From contig CAZPUN010000021.1 of NCBI GenBank assembly GCA_964589775.1, positions 120,001-152,000 of the forward strand: a stretch of 32,000 nucleotides of DNA, written 5' to 3'. Positions within the stretch are counted from its first letter, which is position 1; each line of letters starts with the position of its first letter. The position numbers and the translations under genes were made by a program. This DNA comes from an uncultured archaeon (GTDB lineage Archaea > Asgardarchaeota > Thorarchaeia > Thorarchaeales > CAZPUN01). Positions 1 to 8,713 of the stretch are shown piece after piece. Below the pieces are notes generated by a model that worked only from the letters and a program-made list of their open reading frames with translations, had not been told where the DNA came from and did not search any database.

Positions 1-1
1 T

Positions 2-922
2 CAGGGAGTTCTAAGACTTCGTGAATTCACTCAAGTTGAAGGTCAAATGGTTATTTTGGAAGAGCAAGAGGATCCCTTTGAAGAGTTTGAAAAAATTAAA
101 GATGAGATTCTTCCTATGCTTCCGTATCAACTACAACTGGAAGGCAAATTTGAGCCCATTAATATTTCATTAGGTGAAGCTTTGGAAAAAGGCTATCTTC
201 AGAAAGAGGCATACGCATGGTCTATTTATGTTGCGTATTCTGCGTTTAAAGAAATGGGATTCAAGGAAGGCAATATTAGATTACGTCAGCATCTTCCAAC
301 TGAGCGTGCTCATTATGCAAAAGATGCATGGGATATCGAAATTATTAGTAATAGATATGGTTGGATTGAATGCTGTGGGATTCATGATCGTGGAAATTAT
401 GATCTATCACGTCATCAGAAGTATTCAAAAGAATCTCTAAGTGTAAAAGTTAATAAGAAACCAGTTGTTCCTAATATACTTGAAATTGCATTTGGTGTTG
501 AGCGTCCACTATATTGCGCCTTAGAGCAATCATATCGTGAGGATATAATTAAACAAGAAAATAAAGAAGAAAAGCGAGTTTGGCTTGATCTTCCTGTTTC
601 AATAGCGCCAATTGAAGTCGGTGTCTTTCCGCTTATGAATAAACCACCACTTACTGAGCTAGCATCTAAGGTGTACAATATTCTCATTGAAGAAGGTATA
701 TACGCTTATTTTGACGTGTCTGGAAGTATTGGTAAACGTTATCGACGAATGGATGAGATTGGGACTCCGTTCTCGATCACAATAGATTATGATTCCTTGG
801 AGGATAATACGGTTACAATACGCGATCGAAATACCATGGAACAAAAACGCGTCAAAATATCAGATTTATCAGAAATCATGAAAAATTTGATAAAAGGTAA
901 AAAATCATTTTCTAATTTGTAA
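2..922 (+). CDS. glyS: Glycyl-tRNA synthetase, alpha2 (archaeal/eukaryotic) type; 5'-truncated by the window edge
   Basis: Frame is open from position 2 (QGVLRLREFTQVE, class II motif 2). Also ERAHYAKDAWDIE, GWIECCGIHDRGNYDLSRH, motif 3 EIAFGVER and anticodon domain SGSIGKRYRRMDEIGTPFSITID. Confidence 0.96.
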   Translation, partial: QGVLRLREFTQVEGQMVILEEQEDPFEEFEKIKDEILPMLPYQLQLEGKFEPINISLGEALEKGYLQKEAYAWSIYVAYSAFKEMGFKEGNIRLRQHLPTERAHYAKDAWDIEIISNRYGWIECCGIHDRGNYDLSRHQKYSKESLSVKVNKKPVVPNILEIAFGVERPLYCALEQSYREDIIKQENKEEKRVWLDLPVSIAPIEVGVFPLMNKPPLTELASKVYNILIEEGIYAYFDVSGSIGKRYRRMDEIGTPFSITIDYDSLEDNTVTIRDRNTMEQKRVKISDLSEIMKNLIKGKKSFSNL

Positions 923-924
923 AT

Positions 925-947
925 CTCTTCTCTTTTTCATTTTTATT
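925..947 (+). terminator. Probable archaeal oligo-T terminator after glyS
   Basis: Pyrimidine/T tract tctcttctctttttcatttttatt right after the stop. Similar tracts follow most + strand genes here. Confidence 0.45.
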
Positions 948-1070
948 ATGAAAAATGGCTTTTATTTTTTAATTTTATCGAATTTTGTGGCACATGAAGT
1001 TAAATTTAAAAGTGCGATAAAGAATCTACTACGAAGAGTTAAAAAAAATATTATTGTGGTGATTCAAAAA

Positions 1071-3311
1071 ATGTTCATAGATCCACAGCACTTGATGCCT
1101 GTCTATGGAGTCCTAGCCACAGCAATAGCAGGCCTTCTCTATGCATTATATTTAGTTGTAACAATTGGAAAAGAGGAAGAAGGCTCTGAAAAAATGCTTG
1201 AGGTGGCTAACTCAATCAAAGAGGGCGCAAACGCATACCTCAAGCGACAGCTCAAGTCTATCGCGTTCTTCATTGTATTATTGGCAATCTTTCTATATTT
1301 CACATGGATTCAACCGACTCCCGCAGGCTATCCTGATATTGGAATTGGTAGATCTATTGCATTCTTGATGGGTTCTACCTTCTCAGCCACTGTTGGATAT
1401 GTCGGTATGAATATGGGAGTTCGTGGCAATCTAAAGGTTGCTGCTAAAGCCGAAAAACATGACTTTATTGGTGCTCTTCGTGTCGCTTATCGTTCAGGTA
1501 CCATTACTGGTATGTTAACTGATGGTCTTGGTTTATTAGGTGGTACCCTATTATTCTTAATCTGGCAGGAATATGCCTATGATGTACTTCTTGGATTTGG
1601 TTTTGGTGGCACCTTAATTGCATTATTCATGCGAGTTGGTGGTGGTATTTATACAAAGGCTGCCGATGTTGGTGCAGACCTTGTAGGTAAAGTTGAGAAA
1701 GGTATACCTGAAGATGACCCCCGAAATGCTGCTGTTATTGCTGACCAAGTTGGAGACCAAGTTGGAGACAATGCAGGTATGGCTGCTGACATTTTCGAAT
1801 CTTATGAGGTTACGATTGTCAGCGCTATGATTCTCGGTTGGTCTGCACTAGGCGCAGCAGGTGTTGTATTTCCACTCCTAGTTCGTGCAATAGGTGTCAT
1901 TTCATCAATTATTGGAACTTATGCCGTTAAAGCGAAAGGCAGACTTGAAAATGCAATGCGTGCAATTGAGCGAGGATTCTTACTATCAGCTGCAATATCC
2001 ATTATTGGATTCATGATTATCAGCTGGTGGTATATGGGAGATCTTCGATACGGCTATGCAACCTTATCTGGTGTCATTTTAGCTGTCGTAATTAATCGAA
2101 TTACGGAGCACTTTACTGGTACCGATCGTGAGCCTGTAAAAGGAATTGCCCGTTCCACTCAAACTGGTTCTGCAACCACAATTCTTCGTGGTATTGCAGT
2201 CGGTTATGAAGCGACCGTCTGGGCAATTATGGCTATTGTTGGTTCAATTATCGCATCAATATTCATATTCTTAAACGAATTCACAACAAATCCGATCTTT
2301 GTATTCTATGGTGTAGCTCTAACCGGTATCGGTATGCTTACGTTAACTGGAAACAATATTTCTATGGATGCATTTGGTCCAATCTCAGATAACGCTCAAG
2401 GAATTGCTGAAATGTCTGGTCTTGATGAAGACGCTAGAAGCATTGTTGAAGACCTTGATGCAGTTGGAAATACAACCAAAGCAATTACAAAGGGCATTGC
2501 TATTGGTTCCGCAGTAATTGCAGCTGTGTCATTGTTCTGGTCATTCTTAGAAGATGTTGGCAAAGTACTTGTTGCAAATGGTCAGCCAGCTGATTCATTA
2601 AACCTATCCCTTGTGAATCCGTTTGTCTTCATTGGTCTATTGATTGGTGGTGCAATTCCATGGCTATTCAGCTCATTAGCAATACGTGCTGTTGAGCGTG
2701 CCGCATCCACTATCATCTATGAAGTCCGAAAGCAATTCAAGGAAAATCCTGGCATTATGGAGGGTACCGCAAAGCCCGATTATGCCCGTGTAGTTGATAT
2801 TTGTACTGCATCTGCACAGAAGGAATTAGTCAGCCTAGCATTGCTTGCAATTCTGACTCCAATCGCTGTTGGATTCCTTCTTGATGAAACTGCACTTGCA
2901 GGCTTCCTTGCTGGTGCTATTCTCTCTGGTCAATTGTTAGCTGTATTCATGGCATCCGCAGGTGGTGCATGGGATAACGCCAAGAAAATTGTTGAGAAGG
3001 GTGAGTACGGCGGTAAGGGTTCATATGCACACAAAGCATCCATTGTTGGTGATACTGTTGGAGACCCACTAAAAGACACTGCAGGACCCGCGCTCAATCC
3101 TATGATCAAAGTAATCAACTTGATTTCACTAATTGTCGCACCAATGGTCGTGGTCTACAGACTTAATCCACCCATGCTTGGCTCAATTCCATTGATTCCA
3201 ATCGTAATGGTTATCGTACTTGCACTCATATTTGCTGCTATTTGGTACAGCAAGAAAGACCTGCCATACGAAATTGAAGCCGTTGAGGCAGATGCAAGCG
3301 AAGCAGTTTAA
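1071..3311 (+). CDS. hppA: Membrane-bound H+(/Na+)-translocating pyrophosphatase, K+-independent type
   Basis: Motifs GGGIYTKAADVGADLVGKVE, EDDPRN, GNTTKA (Lys = K+-independent signature), GGAWDNAKK, GDTVGDPLKDTAGP; many TM helices. Start placed at ATG 1071 (GGTGA SD upstream) rather than 948. Confidence 0.96.
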   Translation: MFIDPQHLMPVYGVLATAIAGLLYALYLVVTIGKEEEGSEKMLEVANSIKEGANAYLKRQLKSIAFFIVLLAIFLYFTWIQPTPAGYPDIGIGRSIAFLMGSTFSATVGYVGMNMGVRGNLKVAAKAEKHDFIGALRVAYRSGTITGMLTDGLGLLGGTLLFLIWQEYAYDVLLGFGFGGTLIALFMRVGGGIYTKAADVGADLVGKVEKGIPEDDPRNAAVIADQVGDQVGDNAGMAADIFESYEVTIVSAMILGWSALGAAGVVFPLLVRAIGVISSIIGTYAVKAKGRLENAMRAIERGFLLSAAISIIGFMIISWWYMGDLRYGYATLSGVILAVVINRITEHFTGTDREPVKGIARSTQTGSATTILRGIAVGYEATVWAIMAIVGSIIASIFIFLNEFTTNPIFVFYGVALTGIGMLTLTGNNISMDAFGPISDNAQGIAEMSGLDEDARSIVEDLDAVGNTTKAITKGIAIGSAVIAAVSLFWSFLEDVGKVLVANGQPADSLNLSLVNPFVFIGLLIGGAIPWLFSSLAIRAVERAASTIIYEVRKQFKENPGIMEGTAKPDYARVVDICTASAQKELVSLALLAILTPIAVGFLLDETALAGFLAGAILSGQLLAVFMASAGGAWDNAKKIVEKGEYGGKGSYAHKASIVGDTVGDPLKDTAGPALNPMIKVINLISLIVAPMVVVYRLNPPMLGSIPLIPIVMVIVLALIFAAIWYSKKDLPYEIEAVEADASEAV

Positions 3312-3318
3312 ACGGGAC

Positions 3319-3338
3319 TTTTCCCTTTTTTATTTTTT
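3319..3338 (+). terminator. Probable oligo-T terminator after hppA
   Basis: ttttcccttttttatttttt directly after the stop. Confidence 0.45.
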
Positions 3339-3420
3339 AATTATTAATATAATCGGATATATGTGCGACTCCGATAAAGTTAAACGTGTTTTGTGATTTT
3401 ACTTCTTTTCGTGATGTAAA

Positions 3421-4680
3421 TTGCCGAGTTCAAGGATTTCAGGATTTTACAAGATGAGTGTAGAAGACCGCCTTAAGAAAGTACAAGAATTTACTGGTCT
3501 TCCGGAAGAGGAGTTTAAGGTTCTAGAAAATAAAGGTCCAGTGCCTATGGAAACATTGGACCGCATGATTGAGAATGTTATTGGGGTCATGCCATTTCCA
3601 TTTGGTATTGCTACTAATTTCATTGTAAATGGTAAGGAATATTTAGTGCCTATGGTGATTGAGGAAGCTTCAGTTGTTGCTGCAGCCAGTAATGCTGCAC
3701 GAATGGCTCGCCCTCATGGTGGATTTAAAGCAATTGATACGGGCTCCATCATGATTAGTCAAATCCAAGCTGTAAATGTGCCAAATCCATTTGCTGCAAA
3801 GATGCGTATACTTGAACATAAAGAAGAAATTCTCCGTATTGCAAATGAGCAAGATCCTATTCTGATCAAAGTTGGTGGTGGAGCACGTGATGTTCGTGTT
3901 CGTGTAATTGATGCAGATACTGGGCCTATGGTTATTACCGAATTGATTGTTGATGTTCGTGATGTTATGGGTGCAAATGCAGTAAATACAATGGCTGAAG
4001 CCGTTGCGCCACTCATTCAAGAGTTATCCGGTGGTAAAGTTCTGCTTAGAATTCTTTCAAATCTCGCAGATTTACGCATTGTTCGCGCTTGGGCAACATT
4101 TGATAAAGATTTGCTCGGTGGGGAAGAGGTAGTTGATGGAATAATTAAAGCATATGATTTTGCGGTACACGATATTTACCGCTGTGCCACTCATAATAAA
4201 GGAATCATGAATGGCATTGATGCTGTTATTCTTGCTACTGGAAACGATTTTCGCGGTATTGAAGCCGGAGCCCACAGTTACGCTGCAAGAAATGGATACA
4301 CGTCATTGACTACATATGAAAAATCTCCAGAAGGGCATTTAATCGGAACTATTGAGGTTCCTCTTGCCGTTGGTATAATTGGCGGTGTGACTGCAGTACA
4401 TCCAGTTGCAAAGCTTGCTGTTAAAATATTAGGCGTAAAAACTGCAAGAGAGCTTGCTCATATTGTTGCATCTGTTGGGCTTGCACAGAACCTGGCAGCT
4501 TTAAGAGCTCTAGCTGCTGAAGGAATACAAAAAGGTCACATGGCATTACATGCACGGAATATTGCAGCAATGGCTGGTGCCAAAGGAGACCTAATCGATA
4601 AGATCGCAAAACAAATGGTTGATGAAGGTAAGGTTCGTATGGACCGAGCAAAAGAACTTCTTGAGCAATATAGTCATTAA
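3421..4680 (+). CDS. mvaA: Hydroxymethylglutaryl-CoA reductase, class II (MvaA-like)
   Basis: MIENVIG, EEASVVAAAS, DVMGAN, THNKGIMNGIDAV, GLAQNLAALRAL, GIQKGHMALH; TTG start. Confidence 0.95.
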   Translation: MPSSRISGFYKMSVEDRLKKVQEFTGLPEEEFKVLENKGPVPMETLDRMIENVIGVMPFPFGIATNFIVNGKEYLVPMVIEEASVVAAASNAARMARPHGGFKAIDTGSIMISQIQAVNVPNPFAAKMRILEHKEEILRIANEQDPILIKVGGGARDVRVRVIDADTGPMVITELIVDVRDVMGANAVNTMAEAVAPLIQELSGGKVLLRILSNLADLRIVRAWATFDKDLLGGEEVVDGIIKAYDFAVHDIYRCATHNKGIMNGIDAVILATGNDFRGIEAGAHSYAARNGYTSLTTYEKSPEGHLIGTIEVPLAVGIIGGVTAVHPVAKLAVKILGVKTARELAHIVASVGLAQNLAALRALAAEGIQKGHMALHARNIAAMAGAKGDLIDKIAKQMVDEGKVRMDRAKELLEQYSH

Positions 4681-4742
4681 TCATTTTCTTTTTCTATTTT
4701 TATAATGATGTTTATATATTTTTAAACCTAAATTTGTATTAG

Positions 4743-5066
4743 GTGGAATTATTGTCCGAATCGAAATTAGATGAGCTTTATAAGAAATTTGAAAAATATG
4801 AACACCGTTTATCAATGCTTGAGGAAAAAATTTACAAAGAAGATTCAATGCCTGTATGGACTAAAGACCTGGCAACAAAAGATGATTTGAAATCTTTCTT
4901 GGAGATTATATTACGTGAAATTAAATTTCTCAGAGAGGATACGAACAAGCGATTTGAGGAATTAAACTCGCATATGCGTATATATTTCGGATTATTGACA
5001 TTTGTGGTTACATTAGTTAATACAATGATTACGGTTATTGCCATACTAATTGTAAACAAGCCATAA
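4743..5066 (+). CDS. Small coiled-coil protein with a C-terminal transmembrane anchor (DUF1640/CCDC90-like)
   Basis: Heptad-rich helices, LATKDDLK motif, C-terminal hydrophobic segment IYFGLLTFVVTLVNTMITVIAILIV with a 3-residue tail. True start may be TTG 4752 (AGGTGG SD). Confidence 0.7.
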   Translation: MELLSESKLDELYKKFEKYEHRLSMLEEKIYKEDSMPVWTKDLATKDDLKSFLEIILREIKFLREDTNKRFEELNSHMRIYFGLLTFVVTLVNTMITVIAILIVNKP

Positions 5067-5269
5067 ATTATTTCTAAATAAAAATTATATTTTTTAAACA
5101 TGTGTTTGTTTTGTGATTAAAACAATAAAATAATTTATGTTGTAAATAGTTTTGTAAAAATTTTTGTAATTCATCATGGATATATATATATAGATGAAAT
5201 AATAATATCAAATATGTAGACCATCAAAATAATAGTGGGTCCTTTATAGTATTAGGTGGAGTGGTTTAA

Positions 5270-5989
5270 TTGAGCGAAAATTGTAGAGATTTCGAGCAAA
5301 TAGCTAAAGAATTTGCGGAGCGAGGAAATTTACTTCAGGCTGCATATCAGTTTAGAAATGCTGCGGATTGTTATGAAGAAAAAGTAAATGAAATGGTTGC
5401 TAAATCTGCAGAACATTTTCATATGCATGCTGAATCGTTAAAGAGTGATAAACCTAATCTTAAAGCGCAGGCATATTTTGAAGCAGCTATTATGTATAAA
5501 AAAATTAGCGATTATGCTAATGCAATAACATTATTTGAACTTGCACGAGATAATGCTCTCGAAGCAAAAATGACTGAACTTGCCGCACAAAGTTGTTTAT
5601 GGGTAACATATTCGAGTTATCGTTCAGGACGGTATGACTATATAAAGAAAGCCGCAAAAAGCATGGGTGAACTTTATGAAGCAAGTGGCAACGAGTTCCT
5701 AAGTAATAGTGTTATTCAGAAAGCTGTTATGGCATATATTCTTTCAGCGGTAGGCTATTCTGCAGTTCTTGAAGATGATAAAGCAAAAGAATTGATTGAG
5801 AAAACAAAGAAGTTAATGACTGCCAGTAAATCTTGGGATTGGCTTGCAGATCTATTTACATTTGCAGATTCTTTAGTGCAGGATAATTATAAGGAATGTG
5901 AACGAATATTGTCCAAATTTGCTACGCGTCCGGAATTCTATGATATTCTCGGTGCAGCATTAAAGATCCGCGAGGAATCTAAGGACTAA
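5270..5989 (+). CDS. Alpha-SNAP-like (TPR-like alpha-solenoid) protein
   Basis: All-helical repeats AAYQFRNAADCYE, AQAYFEAAIMYKK, AAKSMGELYE resemble SNAP/Sec17 helical hairpins; AGGTGGAG SD, TTG start. Confidence 0.65.
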   Translation: MSENCRDFEQIAKEFAERGNLLQAAYQFRNAADCYEEKVNEMVAKSAEHFHMHAESLKSDKPNLKAQAYFEAAIMYKKISDYANAITLFELARDNALEAKMTELAAQSCLWVTYSSYRSGRYDYIKKAAKSMGELYEASGNEFLSNSVIQKAVMAYILSAVGYSAVLEDDKAKELIEKTKKLMTASKSWDWLADLFTFADSLVQDNYKECERILSKFATRPEFYDILGAALKIREESKD

Positions 5990-6051
5990 TCTTTTTTTAT
6001 TTTATGTACATCTACTTAATCTTTATATCTTAGATAAGCTCCATTAATTAC

Positions 6052-6492
6052 ATGGAGGTTATTATTTTGCCAGTTCAAGACAGAATTAAAAAATATCTTG
6101 ACCTTCTTGGGATAAAGTATAATTATGATACTGAAAAAAATGAATTTGGAATTGTATATGAAATTGAAGGTCACAGAGTATATGTAACGATATCCTCGAA
6201 TGAAAAATGGATTGAAATTATGGCACCACTGCTATCAAAGGATCTGGTTCCAAAAGATAAAGAAAGCGAATTCTACAAGGAACTGTTATATGCGAATCAT
6301 AAGTTTGCAGAAGTTTGCTTTGATGTTGATTCTGAAGGAAATATTGGAACTTCTCAGGAATTACTCGTATCTGCACTAACGTTTGATTACTTTGAAGAAG
6401 AATTTCGTGCTGTACCTTTTGCAGCATTGCACTTCTGGAAAAATATCGCACCAAAATATAACATATCTGATTCTGGATTTAGCTTTGATTGA
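6052..6492 (+). CDS. YbjN-like (type III secretion chaperone fold) protein
   Basis: About 140 aa with pattern IKKYLDLLGIKY...FYKELLYANHKFAEVCFDVDSEGNI typical of the YbjN/CesT-like fold. Probable TTG start at 6067 after GGAGG. Confidence 0.6.
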   Translation: MEVIILPVQDRIKKYLDLLGIKYNYDTEKNEFGIVYEIEGHRVYVTISSNEKWIEIMAPLLSKDLVPKDKESEFYKELLYANHKFAEVCFDVDSEGNIGTSQELLVSALTFDYFEEEFRAVPFAALHFWKNIAPKYNISDSGFSFD

Positions 6493-6511
6493 ACTCTCAT
6501 ATCTTTCTTTT

Positions 6512-7224
6512 TTATTGGATGTTTAATGATTCTAAATATTCCTTAATGCCTTCCTCTGCAATATTAATTTCATCCTGATCTATTTCTAATACATACTCTA
6601 TTTTTTCCAAGTTGTTTTTTTCTGGATTAAATATTAATTCTGCTTCTGCATATACTTCAAGGCTCCAATTTTTCAAAGAAGTTTCAAAATGATTCAATCT
6701 GCACATCCTATTCATTTGTGCTATTTTTTTGACACTTATTATCAAATTCGTTAGAATCACGAAATTTAAAGAAAATGCTAATAATATAAAGTATTTATCC
6801 TCACATTTTTGATCATTATTAAAAAGTTCTACTAAATCATTAGTCTCAAAAATTAATTGTTTATATTTTGCAAGGTACGTTTTATTTTCATTGGATGAAA
6901 TATCCATTTTATTAATTTCAGCGTTCCTAATTATATTAACAATATCCTCATATGTTTTTACTGCGAATTCATAGTTTTCTGCAATTGTTGGTCCATATTT
7001 ATCTCGTAGTTTGTCTAAAGTTTTTTGATTGTTTTAAGTATGAATGCAAAAATACTTTTTAAAAAAGCATTAAATTGTCCTTTTTTATCAAGGTTATCAA
7101 AATTATTCGTTAAACCCATTATTTCTGACTTTATTTCATTTATATTTGTTTTTGGAGAATTTTCTATACTGTTATGTACATATTCTAAAATAGGTGTTGC
7201 ATAATCATTAATAGGATTTGTCAT
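6512..7224 (-). pseudogene. Very AT-rich hypothetical gene split by a 1-nt frameshift in an A6 run
   Basis: The frame of ORF 6512..6907 is open upstream to about 7033 and overlaps the end of ORF 7015..7224. One extra A in the run at 7021-7026 joins them into a 237-aa ORF. Confidence 0.6.
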
Positions 7225-7331
7225 GCTTGTTATTTTTTTTGTTTATGCTTTTTAGATTTTCGTGTTATATCGTAATGAATATATAATGGAAATAATTACT
7301 GGGAATCAGAAATATAAAAAGGGAACTCAAA

Positions 7332-8630
7332 ATGTCGGAGACGAAAGAACCTGAATCTAGTATTCAGGAATCTGAGAACCTGCAGAAGTATGGCCGGCGG
7401 AATATGTGGGCCATATCATTTGCAGCATTCTTCAATGACATGGGCTCTGATTTACTATTTGCGTTCTACCCCTTGTTCGTTCTTATGATCCTAGGACAAG
7501 GCGTAGACATTCTGGGTGCTATTGAGACTGTAGCTCTACTTGTAGGGCAAATACTCAGTATAGCCAGCGGGCGTCTGGCCGACATGCGTGGTCGAAAGAA
7601 TTTAATTGCCGCAGGCTATGGTCTCCTTGCAGTATCTCGTGTCACTCAGGGATTATCCCAAGATGCCCTTCAACTTACGGGTGCGAAATCCATTTATGAA
7701 ATTGGTCGTGGTATTCGTAACCCGCCACGTGAAGCATTGCTAGCTGAGTCTGTTCCACAGAACATGCGTGCAAAAGCATTTGCATTATTGGGCGGAATGG
7801 ATTCCTCCGGTGCTGTAATTGGTCCGATTCTAGGATTACTATTCTATTTCTATTTCCTATCAATTGGAATGCCTGCAGTTGATGTATTTCGAACATTATT
7901 TATAATCGCCGCAACTCCTACAATCTTAAGTATCTTAATTATACTATTTGGGACTCGCGAAATCAAGGTATTCAATAATGAGAAATCTGAGAATAAGCCA
8001 AAGAAGCGAAAGATCCCAATCAAGGATACAATTTTAGTCAATAAGAACTTAGCATTATTCACCTTTGCAACAAGTCTATTAGCCTTCTGGGCTTTATCTG
8101 AAAACTTTATGTTAGCTCTTGGTGCAAATATCCTTAATTTGCAGCTAACTGACGTTTGGCCCATCATTTTGCTCTACTGGTCCATCAATATTACATTCGC
8201 ACCAGTTGCATTTTTATCTAGTAAGGTATCCGATAAGCTCGGTCGTTCAAAACCAATAGCCTTAGGAATGTTAGCCTTAGCGATTCTCACATTTGGATTT
8301 ATATTTGCTAACGAATTGCTCTGGTTTATTCCATTATTCATTCTACACGGTGTATATCAAGGTCTATTCAATCCAAGTCAGAAGGCATATGTTGCTGATG
8401 TTGCACTTCCTGACCGTCGTTCTGAAACACTTGGAACATACAGTGCAATCGTCAAAACTGTCAGTATTCCAGGACCTATTGTATTTGGTCTAATTTGGAC
8501 ATATTGGGGCTATCAAATGGCGTTCTTCCTAAGCGGCTTATTTGTACTTCTTGCTTTGATAATCTTCTTAGCCGCAGTTAAAATGCCAAAAATTGAGGAG
8601 CCCGAAGAAACCGCAGCAACTACAGAGTAA
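7332..8630 (+). CDS. Major facilitator superfamily transporter, substrate unknown
   Basis: About 12 TM helices; motif A GRLADMRGRK and its repeat SKVSDKLGRSK; GRGIRNPPREALLAES. Confidence 0.92.
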   Translation: MSETKEPESSIQESENLQKYGRRNMWAISFAAFFNDMGSDLLFAFYPLFVLMILGQGVDILGAIETVALLVGQILSIASGRLADMRGRKNLIAAGYGLLAVSRVTQGLSQDALQLTGAKSIYEIGRGIRNPPREALLAESVPQNMRAKAFALLGGMDSSGAVIGPILGLLFYFYFLSIGMPAVDVFRTLFIIAATPTILSILIILFGTREIKVFNNEKSENKPKKRKIPIKDTILVNKNLALFTFATSLLAFWALSENFMLALGANILNLQLTDVWPIILLYWSINITFAPVAFLSSKVSDKLGRSKPIALGMLALAILTFGFIFANELLWFIPLFILHGVYQGLFNPSQKAYVADVALPDRRSETLGTYSAIVKTVSIPGPIVFGLIWTYWGYQMAFFLSGLFVLLALIIFLAAVKMPKIEEPEETAATTE

Positions 8631-8640
8631 ATCTTATTTA

Positions 8641-8659
8641 CTTTCCTCTTTTTTTATTT
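8641..8659 (+). terminator. Probable oligo-T terminator after the MFS gene
   Basis: ctttcctctttttttattt shortly after the stop. Confidence 0.4.
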
Positions 8660-8713
8660 GTAATCAATTAATTTTATATGGTCTCATTGGTATAACTGAT
8701 TTGAGTGGTTTGA

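Noticed and set aside
948-1070. N-terminal 41-aa extension of the PPase in the ORF track
   Set aside because: AT-rich promoter-like sequence with no family resemblance; ATG 1071 has a GGTGA SD and starts just before TM1.
5179-5192. (AT)n microsatellite upstream of the SNAP-like gene
   Set aside because: Short and within a very AT-rich intergenic region; indistinguishable from TATA-like background.
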